DNA of 64,000 bases from Scenedesmus sp. PABB004 (Eukaryota), in assembly GCA_014905635.1 (NCBI GenBank), contig JABVCE010000004.1, positions 1,054,001 to 1,118,000 of the forward strand, written 5' to 3'. The notes below the pieces were generated by a model. It saw nothing but the letters and a program-made list of their open reading frames with translations, was not told the DNA's origin and ran no database searches. Position 1 is the stretch's first letter; every line of letters begins with the position of its first letter. A program made the translations under genes and the position numbers. Below are positions 1 through 12,252 of this stretch, in pieces.

Positions 1-608
1 GGCTTGGGAAACCCGCTGCACGTACGCCAGTGTGAGGCCGGCTGGCGCCGGGCCGTCGTACGCAGCCAGCGCGCGGTGCAGCAGCCGCCAGGGGTCGTGT
101 GCGGGCGCGCAGGGCCGCTGCGCGTGCGGCACGTCGCTGTCGTCGTCGTCGTCGGCACCGCTGCTGCTGTCGCCGGGCGGCGGCTCCGGCGAGCAGGGGG
201 GTGCCGCCGGCCCGCCGTCGTACGGCACGCCGTCCAGCTCCTGCAGCAGTGCCTGCTCAGCGTCCAGGGCGAGCTCCTCCACCTCTGCGCCCATCAGGTC
301 GGCCCCGGCCAGCAGCTGCCCGTGCTCGTCGCGCACGCGGCGCAGCGCGTCGCAGAAGCACACCAGCACGTGGTGCTCCTGCTCCAGCTGGCTGTGCTGC
401 GCCTGCGGCAAGGTCGCCGCGGCGGCAGAGCAGCACGGCGCTGAGCTGCGGTTGCGCGCACCGCGGCTGGCGGGCGGGCACGCGACACGTGCGCCGCGCG
501 CACCTCCAGCTGGTTGAGCTGGCGCCGCTTGGCCCACAGCGACTTTTTCAGGCGCCGAATGACGTCCGTGTCAGACCGCCGATGCGACACGACCTTGGCC
601 AGATACAT
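1..608 (-). CDS. Uncharacterised basic/coiled-coil (bZIP-like N-terminus) protein, 3' end outside the window
   Basis: ATG at 608 gives MYLAKVVSHRRSDTDVIRRLKKSLWAKRRQLNQLE. GT donor at 503, acceptor near 403, then AQHSQLEQEHHVLVCFCDAL...ELALDAEQALLQELD, open to the window edge. Confidence 0.55.
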
Positions 609-1259
609 CCTGCGTGGGGGCAGCAGAACGCGTGGGCGGCGGAGCTGCAGCGGGGCGTTCGGCGCAGCGGCGGCGGCTGCGGCCGTGCGGTGCCGCGCAT
701 GTGACGGCCGCACCTGCCTGCTGCCCACCGTCACCAGCCTGCGCGGGCTTCCTGCAGGCTGCGCGCCGCGGGCGCGGCGGCACCGGCGGCAGCAGCAGCC
801 TGCCGGCCGGCCCCGCTCAGCCCCCTGCTCTGCAGGCTGCTGTTGGCGGCTACAGCTGCTGTCGGGACGGAGCAATGAGCCTGGGGGTGCCTGGTTAGCG
901 CTGCGGGCCACCGCGCGGGGGCGGCCGCAGGTTCGTCGCGAGCTGCGCGCGCTGGGCGCGCGCGGCTGCCTGCCGATGCGGTCGGCCTGAGCGCTGTGAC
1001 CGCGGTGGTGTTGAGCAGGGCGGGTAATCGTGCGAGTCACTCGACGGGCCAATGTGTTACGCGCTGAGCTTGGCAGGGCTGACGCGCGCGCCAACGCGTC
1101 GCCCGGCTCCGGCGCTTGGCCAGGAGCCTCACAACTGCTGTTCAAGTCGACTGCAAAAGGACTGGCATGCGGCGCTGCCGTGGCGGCGCCGTCCGCTCCG
1201 CCGAGCGCGGCGCGCCGGGCGGCCCACTCGCGCCACGGATGGCGCCCGTGTGCCCCGCC

Positions 1260-3710
1260 TCAGAAGGCGCCCAGGTGGCCCGCCACCTCGTGCACCACGC
1301 GCTGACGCACGAGGCGTGCAAAGGGCCGGCTCACCACGCCGCCGACCGCGAGCAGGCGCCCCAGCAGCGCGTCGCGCGCGCCGCCACCGCCGCCGCTCCC
1401 GCCGACCGCGCCGTGCACGACCGGCGCGCTGCCCGACGGCGCGTGCGGGCCCCCCTCCTCTGCCGCCCCAGCCACGCTGGCCACCGCGTCCGCGGCGGCG
1501 CCGAGGCCCCTGGCCACGCCGCGCTCCACCTCTGCCGCGACGCGCCCGAGCGACCCGCGGCGCGCCCCCGCGCTGCTGCGCCCGCCGCCGCCGCGCCGCC
1601 AGGGGGCCAGTAGCTGCGCGAGCGCCACGGCAACGCCCCAGCCCGCCAGCGCGAGCCCCGCGCTGCGCAGCAGGCGCCGATGGCTGCCGGCTGCGCGGGG
1701 GCGGGGCTGCGGCGCCGCCGGGCGCAGCTGCACCAGGGCCGTGTCGCGGCCAGCGAGCTGCGCATAGCAGTCCAGCAGGCCCTGGCGCAGCGAGACGCCG
1801 CCTAGGTCGTAGGTGGACCCCAGCGCCTGGCTCACCTGCCGGCCGGGGCAGCGGCGGCAGGGCCGGCTCGGCACCGCCGGCCGACGGCGCGCTCCCCCAG
1901 CGCCAGCGCCGGCGCAGGTGGCGCCCAGGTGTGGGAGGCGGCGCCCCGCTCACCTGCATTGCCAGCCGCCAGCGCGCGCCCCGCGCGAGCTCGCAGCGGC
2001 GCAGCGCCTCGCGGCCGAGGCCCGCCGACATGACCGCGGCGCCGAGCGCCGCCGCGTCCTCGATCGCCTGCGCCACCTGCTGGCCCATGGGCCGCAGCGG
2101 GTGCGCCGCCTCGCCCAGCACGACCACGCCGCCGCGGCCCATGCTCGCCGGCAGCGCGCGCGCGGCGCGGCAGTGCACGGGCGCCCCCAGCACGCTCGCC
2201 GTGGCGGCAAGCATGTCACGGACGGGCGAGGGGAAGGTCTGAAACAGCGCCAGCAGCAGCGCCTGCGCGAGCGCCGTGCACGCCCGGGCTCGGTGTGGGG
2301 CTGCCAGCTCAGTGCCGCCACGGTGGCGCGCGCAGCGCGGCGCGGCGCACCTGCGCACGGCTGGCGCCAGCGCCGGCAGTCGGGCCGGCGGCGTCGGTGT
2401 CGGCGTCGGCGCCCTCGCCGGCGGGCGCCGCTGCCTCGCCGGCGGGCGCCGCTGCCACCACCTTGCCGCCGGCGGTGGGCACGTCCACAAGGCAGCCGCG
2501 CTGCGCGTCCCAGCGCAGCCCTGCCGCCACAAGGCTGGCGGCGCTCGCCTGAGCCTCCCAGGCGACGTCGCCGCTGCGGGCGGGCGGCCGGGCGGGCGGG
2601 CGGCGGCTCAGCAGCCGGGGAGACCACAAGGTCTTGTGCAGCGCAGCCACCGACTGGCGGGCCGCACCCCCTCAGCGGGTGCGACGAGAACGTCAGCCCC
2701 TCCCCCAGCCACCAGGCCTCGTGCGCGACCGGCAGCGTGGCCAGCAGGTCACCAGGCAGCCGGCCGACCCAGCGCATCACGCCCTGCGCAGGCGCGGCAG
2801 TCGCGGCAAGCCAGTGGCGCGACCGGCAGCGGCGGCAGCGCGCCCGTCGCCGCCGCACAGCGCCCGCGAGGCAGCGCCGCGGCAAGCCGCCCGCACCTCA
2901 AACGTGGCGGGGCCGTCCCCCACGCACTGATCGCGCAGCAGCGATAGCGGGCCGTCTGCGGCGATCAGCAGCACCGCGTGCACGTCTGCGCGCTCCACGC
3001 CGCCGCCGCTGCCCGGCGTGCCGAGGCTTGCGGCGCGCTGCGCCGCCGCCTGAAAGGGCGACGTCCCGGCGGGCGCGGGAGCCGGCGGCGCCTCGAGCTC
3101 GGCGGCCGTGCCAGCGGCGTGGGGCGGCGCATCGGCGCCGGCCTCGCGCAGCAGGTGCAGCGTGACGCCGCCGTCGCGCGCCGCGCTGACGCCCGTCGCG
3201 GCGGCGCGCCAGCGCACGGCGCCCGCCGGCAGCGCGGCCAGCAGCTCGTGCTCGAGCTCGGCCCAGCCGACCACGAGCGCCGGCGCGCGCGTGCTGCCCG
3301 CGCCGGGCGGGTCGTGCAGGCACTCGATGACCGCGCCGGCTGGGGAGCGGGGGTGGGGGAGGCGGCGGAGCCATCGGCGCGCGCGGCCGCTGCGCCCGCG
3401 CGGCGGCGCGCGCGTCGCGGCACCCACTCTGCACGTCGTGCACGACTGCGCGCCGAGCAAACACCCCCGCCGCGACGACGCAGCGCGCGAGGCCGCGGTC
3501 GATCGCGGCGAGGGCGGCGAGCGCGTTGGGCTCCAGGCGCACGCCGCCGCCGAGCGGCTGCGCCGGCGCCGCTGCCGCCGCGGCGGGCGGCGGCGCGCGG
3601 CGCTCAAAGATCGCTACCGACGCGGTCGGCGCGACGGCATGCAGCGCGGCGGCGGCGGCGAGGCCGCACACGCCAGCGCCCACGATGGCCACGTCCACGC
3701 GCTCGCCCAT
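1260..3710 (-). CDS. FAD-dependent monooxygenase (UbiH/zeaxanthin epoxidase/salicylate hydroxylase-like), multi-exon
   Basis: N-terminal [14 protein letters not shown]...FER dinucleotide fold, LLIAADG motif, and second fingerprint [24 protein letters not shown]. Stop at 1260-1262. Confidence 0.85.
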
Positions 3711-4003
3711 GGGGCCGCGCTGGCGGCTGCGGGGATCGATCGCTGGCGGCGCCGCTGCCCGCTGCTGCCCGCGTGCGGCGAGCAGCGCTCCGGCGGCGCT
3801 GGCAGTCGCGTGTGGCCGCGCCCAGGCGTCGAGGGGCCACGCGAGTGCGCGCCGAGGGCGCGGAGAGGGGTGGCGGCCGCGCGGCGGGCGGCCCGGGCGT
3901 CGCGTTACACTGCGCAGCGACCGCCGCGCCGCCAAGGCCCCTCGACGCGGCTCGCACCCGCGCCTGCCCAAAGCGGCCACCCGCCGCCGCCGCCGGCGCG
4001 CCG

Positions 4004-5227
4004 CTACGGCGCGCTGTCCTTGACGGCGACTGCGATGTTTGCGACCTGCGGCGCGGCCGCGCGCGTCGGCCGGCCGGCGCCGCCCGCCGCCCGCCGCGCG
4101 CGCCGCGCCCCTCTGCCCAGCCGGGCGCGGCGGCGCGCAGCACGCAGCGCGCGGCGCAGCGCGCACCTCGTTGCCGTGCTCGTCCAGCGTTGCAGGGTTC
4201 TCCACAACCACTGTCTGCATCGACTTTGGCGGCGCCGCGGGCCGCGGCGCCCCGCCCGGCGCGCCCGCGCCGCCGCCCGGCGCGGCGGCGGGCCACTGCG
4301 CCGCCGCGCCGACGTGCGTGACAAAGTGGCAGACGGAGCACTTGACCGACTGCGCGCCGAGGGGGTACATCAACATCACGCTGCACCCGCCGCACGAGAC
4401 GTGGCCATACACCGGCACCTGCAGGGTTTAGGGGTGTAGGTGGCACGCGGCGCGGGCGGCGCAGGGGCGCGCGTCGCCGGCGGGCGCGCGTGCGGCGCTG
4501 CGGCGGCCGGCGCGGCGCGGCGCGGCGCTGCGCTGCGCGGCGCGGCGCGCCGGGCGGCGCACGGCGCCACGCGCCGCGCGCCTGCGTCACTGTGTGGCAG
4601 AGGCTGCACTGCACGCTCTGCGCGCCGCGCGGGTAGCTCAGCAGCACGCGGCAGCCGTTGCACACAATCTGGCTCTGGTCGGGGCTCTCCGCTGCGCGCG
4701 GTGCGGGCCGCGGCGGCGTGGGCGCGCGGCGCGCGGCGCGGCGCGCGCCGCGCGACATCGCGCAGGCCGCCAGCCGCGCACCTGGCGCCTGGGGCGCGGG
4801 CGTGATGTGCCCGCAGCGCGAGCACCGCACTCTGCTGGCTCCTTGCTGCGGCGCGAGCGCGGCGCGGGCGGCGCGGGCAGATCGGGCAGCTGCTCCGCGG
4901 CCCCCGCAGCCCCCGCGGCGGCGGCGCGCTGCCGCGCCCGGCGCCGTGCGACGCGCACCGACGGGAACATGAGCACCGTGCTGCAGCCCTCGCAGGTGAC
5001 GTGGTTGTGGGGGCCCGGCGCCATGCCTGGGGCGCGCGTCGTGGGGTGAGGGGCAGCAGCGGCGCAGGCGGCGGCTCGCCCCGGCGCGGCGCGCGGGCGG
5101 TGCGGGCCAGCGGCGCCGGCTGAGGCGCGCTGCCGACCGGCCTGCACGCCCGGGAGCGGCGAGCGGGCCACCCGGGGCCGGGGGCGCGCGCGAACGCACC
5201 GCTGGGCGGCATGGCGTAGGGAAACAT
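4004..5227 (-). CDS. LSD1: LSD1/LOL1-type zinc finger protein with three LSD1 fingers
   Basis: [66 protein letters not shown], plus the conserved tail [30 protein letters not shown] on the minus strand at 3905-3909. Confidence 0.92.
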
Positions 5228-5632
5228 GGCGCCCTGAGGCGTGCCCCGGGGGCGACGGCTGCTCGGGGACGGTCCGAAGCTCCCGGCGGGTACTGGTGGC
5301 TGGCTTCGCGGGCTGCTGGTGGCGCGGCTTGTGGAGCAGCAGTAGCGCAGAGCAGCAGCTGAAAGTCGAGCTCGAGGGTTGCAAGGAGCAGTGGCTTTGG
5401 CCGTGCCGCCCGGCAAGCACCGGGCGCCGGGGCGCCCGCGCCGCGCCGCGGCGGCGCAAGCGGGCCTGCGCCGCCGCCGCGCCCGCCCCCGCCCGCCCGC
5501 CCGCCCGCCCGCGGCGGCGCCGGCGAGGAGCACGCGGTCGCGAGCTCCACACCCCGCGCCACACACACTCCCCGCCACGCCGGCCACACACTCCCCCGCG
5601 GCCCCGCGCCCGCCAGACAGCGCGCATCAAAG

Positions 5633-7930
5633 ATGGCCCTCCTGGCGCCCCGCACCGGCGTGCCGGCCTGCGCCCGCGCGTCCGGCCGCTCCCGCGTGCC
5701 CAGCGTGCGCGTGCTCGCGCAGAAGAAGAACGGCAAGGGCCGGGCGTCGAGCGCGGGTGCGAGCAACCGCAGCCCCCGCTCACCGGGCGCTGGCCGCGCG
5801 GGGGAGGCTCAGATCGACGCGCGCGCTCGCTCAGAGAGGCAAGGCAGCTTCCTTCTGGCCTCCAGCGCGCCGGAGCACGCGGCGGGCCCGCAGGACGCCG
5901 CGGCGGCCGGCCCGCGCTGGCGCGAGGCGCTGATTGCGCGTGCGCGCCGCGCCGCGCCCCGCTGGCGTCGCACATGCCCGGATCTCGACGCGCCAGCGGA
6001 TCCGTGGCGCCGGGGCAGCTCGACGGCGCCCCGGCGCGCGGCCAGCAGCGGGCGCTCCCGCGCAGCCCGCCCGCCCGGGGCGAGCCCGCAGCAGCAGCAG
6101 CGCGTGCGCGCGCGGCCCCGGCCGCGCTCGCCCAGCCCCCTGACGCGCCGCCGCGCCCGCCCGCCGCCGGCCGCCGCCGCGCAGCCGGCCGCGTCGCGCT
6201 CGGCGCGCTCGCCGGCTCGGCCCTGCTCGCGCGCCCCGCGCTCGCGGAGCTGGCCGCCGAGGGCGACGCCGTGGACACCGCGGTGAACAGCCTCACCGAC
6301 GCGGTCAAGGTGCGGATAGCGCCGTCCCCGCGCACTCCCCGTGCGCCGCCCGCGCCCCGCGCCCGTGCCGTGCCCCCGCCGCCGCCGACACCGCGCCGCG
6401 CGCCGCGCGCCGCGCCGCGCTAGGCCGCGGGCGTGGGCGTCAAGGCCGCGCTGGACCTGGTCGGCGCGGGCGTGAAGATCGCCAAGGAGGGCTACGACGT
6501 CGCGGCGCCGGTCATCAAGCAGGGCGTCGACGCGGTCGCGCCGGTCGTGAGCGAGGCCGTCAAGGTCACGACCGAGACCGCCGCGCCGCTGCTGCAGAAG
6601 GCCACGCCCGTCGTCACGGTGCGCGTGTGTGTGCGCGCGGGCGCGGCCGGGCAGTCGAGGGAGGGGCTGGCGGGCGGGGCGGCAGCGTCTGCACGCAGCG
6701 ACCGCCCGCGCGGATGCGCCGCGCGGGCCTCGCACGCCGCCCGCCGCCCGCGCCGCCCGTCGCGCAGGACTCGCTGCAGTCGGCGATCAAGGGCGCGGGC
6801 GTGGACGTGGACAGCCTGCAGCGCACGACCGCGGTCGCCGCCAAGACGGCGACCGAGGCCGCGACCACCGCGCAGCCTTTCCTCACCAAGGCCTACACCT
6901 TCCTCACCACCACCGAGCCCGTGCGTGCCGGGGCGCCGCAGCTCTCCGCTGCCGCCGCCGCCCCGCCGCCGCGGCCGCTGCCGCCGCCGCCGGCCCGCCG
7001 CCGCGCAGCCGGGCGGCCGCACCGCGATTGACGGCCGCCACGGCCGCCGCCGCGGTCAGGTGCTGCTGGCTGAGTACGGCCTGGGCGCGCTCGCGCTGTA
7101 CTACCTGGCCCCTGTGCTCGCGGGCGGGCTGTTTGGCAGCCTGCGCGGCTACGCCGGCGAGGTCACCGCCGCGCAGGCGCTCGACCTGGTCGGCTCCGAC
7201 GGCGGCGCGGTGATCATCGACATCCGCACCGAGGTGACCCCCCGCGCGGTGCCGCGCAGCGCGCGCCCCGGCCGCCGCGCCGCCGCCGGCGCGCGCCCGG
7301 GCCCGCCGCCGCGCCCCGGCCGAGCGCGCCCCAACCGCCCGCGCGCGCCGCGCCGCGCGTCGCGTCGCAGCGCGAGAAGGAGGCGAGCGGCCTCGCCGAC
7401 GTGCCCGGCGGCGCGCGCGGCAAGCTGCTGGAGGTGGAGTATGCGTTCACCGAGGACAAGAAGCTGCGCGGCCAGCTGCGCGACGCCAACGCCATCGAGG
7501 CGCAGGTGCGTGCGGGGGCCGGGCGCACCCACGCGCGCGGGCGGCCGCGGCGGCGCTCGCCGACCCTGCCCGCCGGCCCCGCCCGCCGACGCCGCCGGCC
7601 CCGCGCGCCGCGCAGATCACGGCGCTGCAGATTGCGTCGCTGAAGCGCGTCGGCCGCGGCAACAAGGTGGTCCTGCTCGACCGCTTTGGCAGCACCTCCA
7701 AGGCGGTGGCCAAGGAGCTCAGCCGCCGCGGCTTTGGCCGCGTGTTTGTCGTCGCGGGCGGCTTTGACGGCCGCGGCGGCTGGGTGCAGAGCAAGCTGCT
7801 GGTCAAGCCCACGGCCAGCATGTTTGGCGGCGTGTCCGGCAGCCCCCTGCCCGCCGCCCTGGCGCGCACGCTGAGCACGCGCACCGAGTCCTCGCGCGGC
7901 CGCAAGGCCCTGCCTGCGCCCAGCAAGTGA
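5633..7930 (+). CDS. CAS: Chloroplast calcium-sensing receptor (TM helix + rhodanese-like domain)
   Basis: Transit-peptide-like start, Ala/Val-rich lumenal region, TM segment YGLGALALYYLAP, then LRGYAGEVTAAQALD...IIDIRTE...KKLRGQLRD...ITALQIASLKR...GGFDGRGGWVQSKL. First intron boundaries uncertain. Confidence 0.92.
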
Positions 7931-8383
7931 GGCGCCGCGCGGCGCGGCGGCGGCGGCGGCGGTGACGAGCGGGGCGGCGCGGCGCTGCAGGGCGCCCGCC
8001 CGGGTGTGAGCGACGTGCGTGTGCGTGTGTGGTCGTTGGTGTGCGCGCTGCGGGCTTAATTCTGCCCCGGGGGCACACACATAGGGACGCCTCTGCCCTC
8101 TGACGAGCGAGGGGGGCCCCGGGCGCCCGCGCGCCGGAGGGCGTGGCTGGGCGAGCGAGCGCACGCGGCGCGCCGCGGGGCGGCGGCGCGTGGGGCAGTG
8201 ACTGAGCTGAGCTGAGATGGCGGGTGCTGCGAGGCGGCCGGGTCAATCACGATCACGCACCACAGGGCCGGAGAGGCGCTGCAGCGGGGGCCTCGCGGGC
8301 GGGAAAGGCAACGTTCCAGCTTTTCTCGCGCGCAAAGCACGGCCTCGGTAAACACACGGACACTGCTCTTCTTCCTGCCCCAT

Positions 8384-8815
8384 TCACCAGCGGCCGTGCG
8401 GCCCGCCGCCCCGCTGGGCGCCGCCGATGGCCGGCCGGCCACGCCCCGGTCCGCCTCCCTGATCGCCGCCGCCGCCTCCGCCACCCGGCCGACCGTGCCT
8501 GCGCCCGCCGCCGCTGCGGTGCTGGCGCCCGTGCCTGCGGCCGCGCGCAAAATCTGCATCATCGAACCAGTCCTCATCAAGCGCAGGCGCGGACGCCGCA
8601 GGCGCTGGCGCGGGCGCGGGCGCGGGTGCGGGCGGCGCCGGCGCGGCCCACGCGTCGGCGGCCGGCGGCGCCGCGCCCCCGGCCGCGTCGCCGCCCGGTG
8701 CGCCACGCTGCGCGCCGTCGCTGACGGCGCCGGGTGCTGCACCGCGCGCCGCCGCGGCTGCCAGCGCGGCGGCGTACGGCTGGTATTCCGCCTGCTGCTG
8801 CTGCTGCCACTGCCA

Positions 8816-8846
<31 letters not shown>

Positions 8847-11385
8847 TGCCACTCCTGCTGCTGCCACTGCTGATGCTGCCAGGCCTGCAGCGCCTGCTGC
8901 TCCTGCGCCGCCTGCTGCTGCAGCGCCGCTTGCTGCACGAAGCTGTGGGCCCGGACCAGCTCCGCCAGCAGCTCGTTGGTCGAGAGGTCAAGCCGTGAGA
9001 AGTGAGGCGCGAGGTCGGTCGCCGCCTGCCAGGCGCGCGCGTCCATGAGCTCCGCGTTGGTCTCCAGCAGCTGCCGCGCCGCCGTCACCAGGTTGTCGAG
9101 CTGCAGGCGCGCGCGCTGCAGCTGGAGCTGGAGCTCCGGGTTGGCGGCGGCGGCGGCGAGCCACTCGTGGGCGCTCAGCTCCATCGCCGCCGCCTTGCGC
9201 AGCGCAGGCGCGACCGTGCCGCGCAGCAGCGCCAGGTAGGCCTGCGGGGCGCGGCGGCAGCGATCGACGAGGGGCGCGCGGCAGGCGGGGCGCGGCGGAC
9301 GCAGGCGCGGCGCAGGCGCGCACGTTGTAAGCGATGATGCTGTCCCTGTGGCGCTGCTCGTCGGCGTGCCGTACGAAGCTGGGCGCTGCGGCCGACAGGC
9401 CGCCGTGCGGCGCGGCGGCGGCGACGGCGCCAAAGCCCGGCGGCGGCCCCGCGGGGCGGGGCCTGCAAACCGGGCAGGGCGTGGGCCAGGTGGTGGCGTC
9501 GCCGGGCGCCTCCCACTTGCGCAGCTGCTCGCCGACGCGGTGGGCGGCGCACAGCGCCTGCAGGCCGTGGCGCGCGGACTCGGTCTCCGCGTGCTGCCGC
9601 AGCAGCGCCGAGCAGGCCGCGGTGTCGTCGGCGTCCACGCCCCACGCCTCAAAGGCCTCCCGCGGCAGCCACGGCACCTCGCTCCAGGCCCCGTCGCCAG
9701 CGGCGGCGGCGGCGGCGGCCTCCTCGGCCGCGGCGCGCGCTGCCTCGGCCGCCGCGTCTGCGGCGTGGCGCTCCGCGATGCGCGCCCGCGCGGCCGCAGC
9801 GAGCCGCCGCAGCGCCGCGCGCACGGGCGGGCTGGCGCGCAGCCAGCGCAGGCGGCCAGCCTGGAGCTGCTCCTCCAGCTCCCGCGCCTGCTTTGCAGCG
9901 CGCTCCATCGCCTCGCGCTCCGCCGGGGTGAGCCGGTGCCTCAGGCCGATCTCAGCCAGGCTCGGCAGCGCCAGCGCCGCCGGCGGGCCCGGGCCCACCT
10001 GCGCCGCCGGCCGCATGATGACGCCGGCGAGCCGCCGCTCGCCCTCGGGCATGTTCTCTTGGCTCCTGGCGCCGAAGCCGTGGAAGGCCCGCTCACCGCC
10101 CCCGCGCGTCACGAGCAGCAGGTCCACGCCCAGCGCCCGGCCGAGGTCGACCAGGCTGTCTGCAAACGCCTTGGCCGAGACCTTGGAGCCGGCCGCAGCC
10201 GCCGCCGCGCCGTCAACGCCGGGCTGCAGCGGCGCCAGGCGCTCCTGCAGCTTGCCCACCGCGGCCAGCAGCCGCTCCTGGCCCGCGCGCTCCGCGAGGC
10301 GCGCGGCGAGCCCAGCCATGCGCTGCGCGGCGGCCACGGCTGGTGGCATGAGCTGGTCGAGCTGCCCCCAGGCGCCCTTGCCCGCGCGCCCGCCGGCGCC
10401 GCGCCCGCCGCTGCGCCCGCCGCCGCCGCCCGCGGGTGCGTCGGGCGCCGCGAGGGCCTGGACGCTGATCACCGCGCAGCCGGCGAGCAGCGCGCCGCGC
10501 GCGGCCACCGCGGGCATGCACGCGACGGTGGCCACCGCGCCGCCGGGCGGCGGGAGCGCCTGGTAGTTGCCCGCCGCGAGCGCGGCGAGGTGCTCGCCAA
10601 ACACCAGGGGCGTGGCCGCCGGCGCGTTGTCGGTCTCCTCTGCTGGATCAAACACGTCCGCCCAGGCTGCGGCGCAGTGGAACTCTGCCCGCGCCGCGCG
10701 CGCCAGCGCACGCCGGCGGCGGCTGCTCCGGGCTGGGCGGCTGCCGCGCCGCCGGCTGCGCGGTGAGAAAGCCGGCGCGCAGCCCGGGGGACTGCTGAGC
10801 CGCCGGCTGCGGCGCCGGCGGCGCTGGCTGCGGCGCCGGCCGCGCTGGCTGCGGCGCCGGCCGCGCTGGCTGCGGCGCCGGCGGCGCTGGCTGCTTCTGC
10901 AAGCTGGCACGCGGCGGGCTGGCGAGGAAGCCCTTCTTCAGCCCGCCGCTGGGGCTGCTGCCTGCGCCGCTGCCGGAGGTGCTCGTGTCGGCCCTGCTGC
11001 CAGCCCCGCCGCCGGCGCCGCCACGCGCTGCGGGGCTGGGGCTGCCAAGGAAGCCGGGCCTCAGGCCGCTGCGAGCGCCGCCGGACGACGGCGCGGGCGG
11101 CGGCGCCGCCGCGCCTGCGGCAGCAGCAGAGGCGGCAGCAGCGGCGTGCGCAGCGCGCGTGAGCGAAGGCACATGGCTGCCAGCGTACTCGTGACGCGGC
11201 ACAGGCTCGATCGCCGCGCAACGGCCGGGAGCGGGCGGCAGCGGCCGCCCCGCGGCGCCCGCACCGGGCGTCGCGGCGCCGCTGCTGCCAGCAGTCGCAG
11301 CCGCCGCCTCCTCGTCGTCCGCCGACTCCCACGACGACTCCGACGACTCCGACAGTTCGTCCAGGATCTCGAACGGGTTCATCAT
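8384..11385 (-). CDS. Uncharacterised multi-exon protein (acidic N-terminus, 3x GL[RK]xGFL motif, possible CxxC...H...H zinc site, Q/W-rich and RGG-rich tail)
   Basis: Coding-like frames join across GT-AG introns (e.g. ...DSIIAYN | AYLALLRG...). Starts MMNPFEILDELSESSES and ends ...GGPHGRW*. Confidence 0.65.
10811..10892. repeat. 21-nt coding tandem repeat, about 4 copies (PAPQPAP/PAPQPAR)
   Basis: ggcgccggc[g/c]gcgctggctgc repeated in tandem. Confidence 0.85.
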
Positions 11386-11628
11386 CGCTCGTGGCGATCG
11401 GATCAGGCAAACCGTGCTGCTTGCGCGCCTTTCCTTTTCACGCACGTCGCGGGGCCTGCGCCCGGCCTGGCCGTGCTGGGACACCGCCGGATGGTCCCAG
11501 CGGGCGGTTTGGTGGCGGTGCCAAAGAGCGGGGTGCGGTGCGGCTTGAGCCCCGCGGCGCGGTTGAGCGCCGGCGTTCGAAGAGCGGCCGTGCCGACGGT
11601 CTGGATTCACTGAGCGGCGTCTGCTGCT

Positions 11629-11838
11629 CGCAGGCCGTGCAGGCCGCGCGGCGCCAGGGCCTTCACGCTGGCGGGAACGCCGCCTGCGCGTGCGGAGCGG
11701 TCCGGCAGGGGGCTGGCTGGTGGCGAGCATGGTGTCGGGGTGCTGGCTGTGTGCGGTCGCTGGCGCGGGCGGTGGCGGGCGTCGTCTGCGACTCGGGCCG
11801 GGCGCAGGCGCGGGGCGCCTTAAGAGCGCGGCGAGCGG
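11629..11838 (-). pseudogene. Truncated duplicate of the small-HSP 5' end (TATA-like box, 5'UTR, first ~35 codons with indels)
   Basis: Aligns by eye to 13211-13437 (e.g. ggccgtgcaggccgcgcggcgccagggccttcacgctggcgggaacgccgcc; tggtggcgagcatggtgtcggggtgctg; ccttaagagcgcggcgagcgg). Confidence 0.88.
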
Positions 11839-12252
11839 CCGCTCGCCGCCCGCGGGCGGGGATGCTGGCGCTGCGTCCGAGGTTTCGGGCGTGCTCATGT
11901 TACAGTTGGGAGCCGCGGCCAAAAAAGCGCTGCTGCTGTACAACATGGCAATCAATCAGGTACATCGCGCCCGCGCGGGCGGCCACCAAGGCGGCCGCGC
12001 GCGACGCGGCGTGTGCGCGTTGTTCTTGTGCGCTGCGCTCGAGCCGGCCAACGGGAGGGCTGGGCCTGCCGGGTGCAGTGGCGTGCGTTCGGGGCCACAC
12101 ACAAGCAGCACGCTCAATCGATCAAAATGACGACGTGCCCAACGTCTCAGCTGCGCACAGCGCGCGCGCCCCGCCGCCGGGGCGCGCCGCTTTTATTGTC
12201 CACCCACCGCCGTTCACCGCCGTGCACGTAGCCGCTGCAGTCCCTCGAGGGC

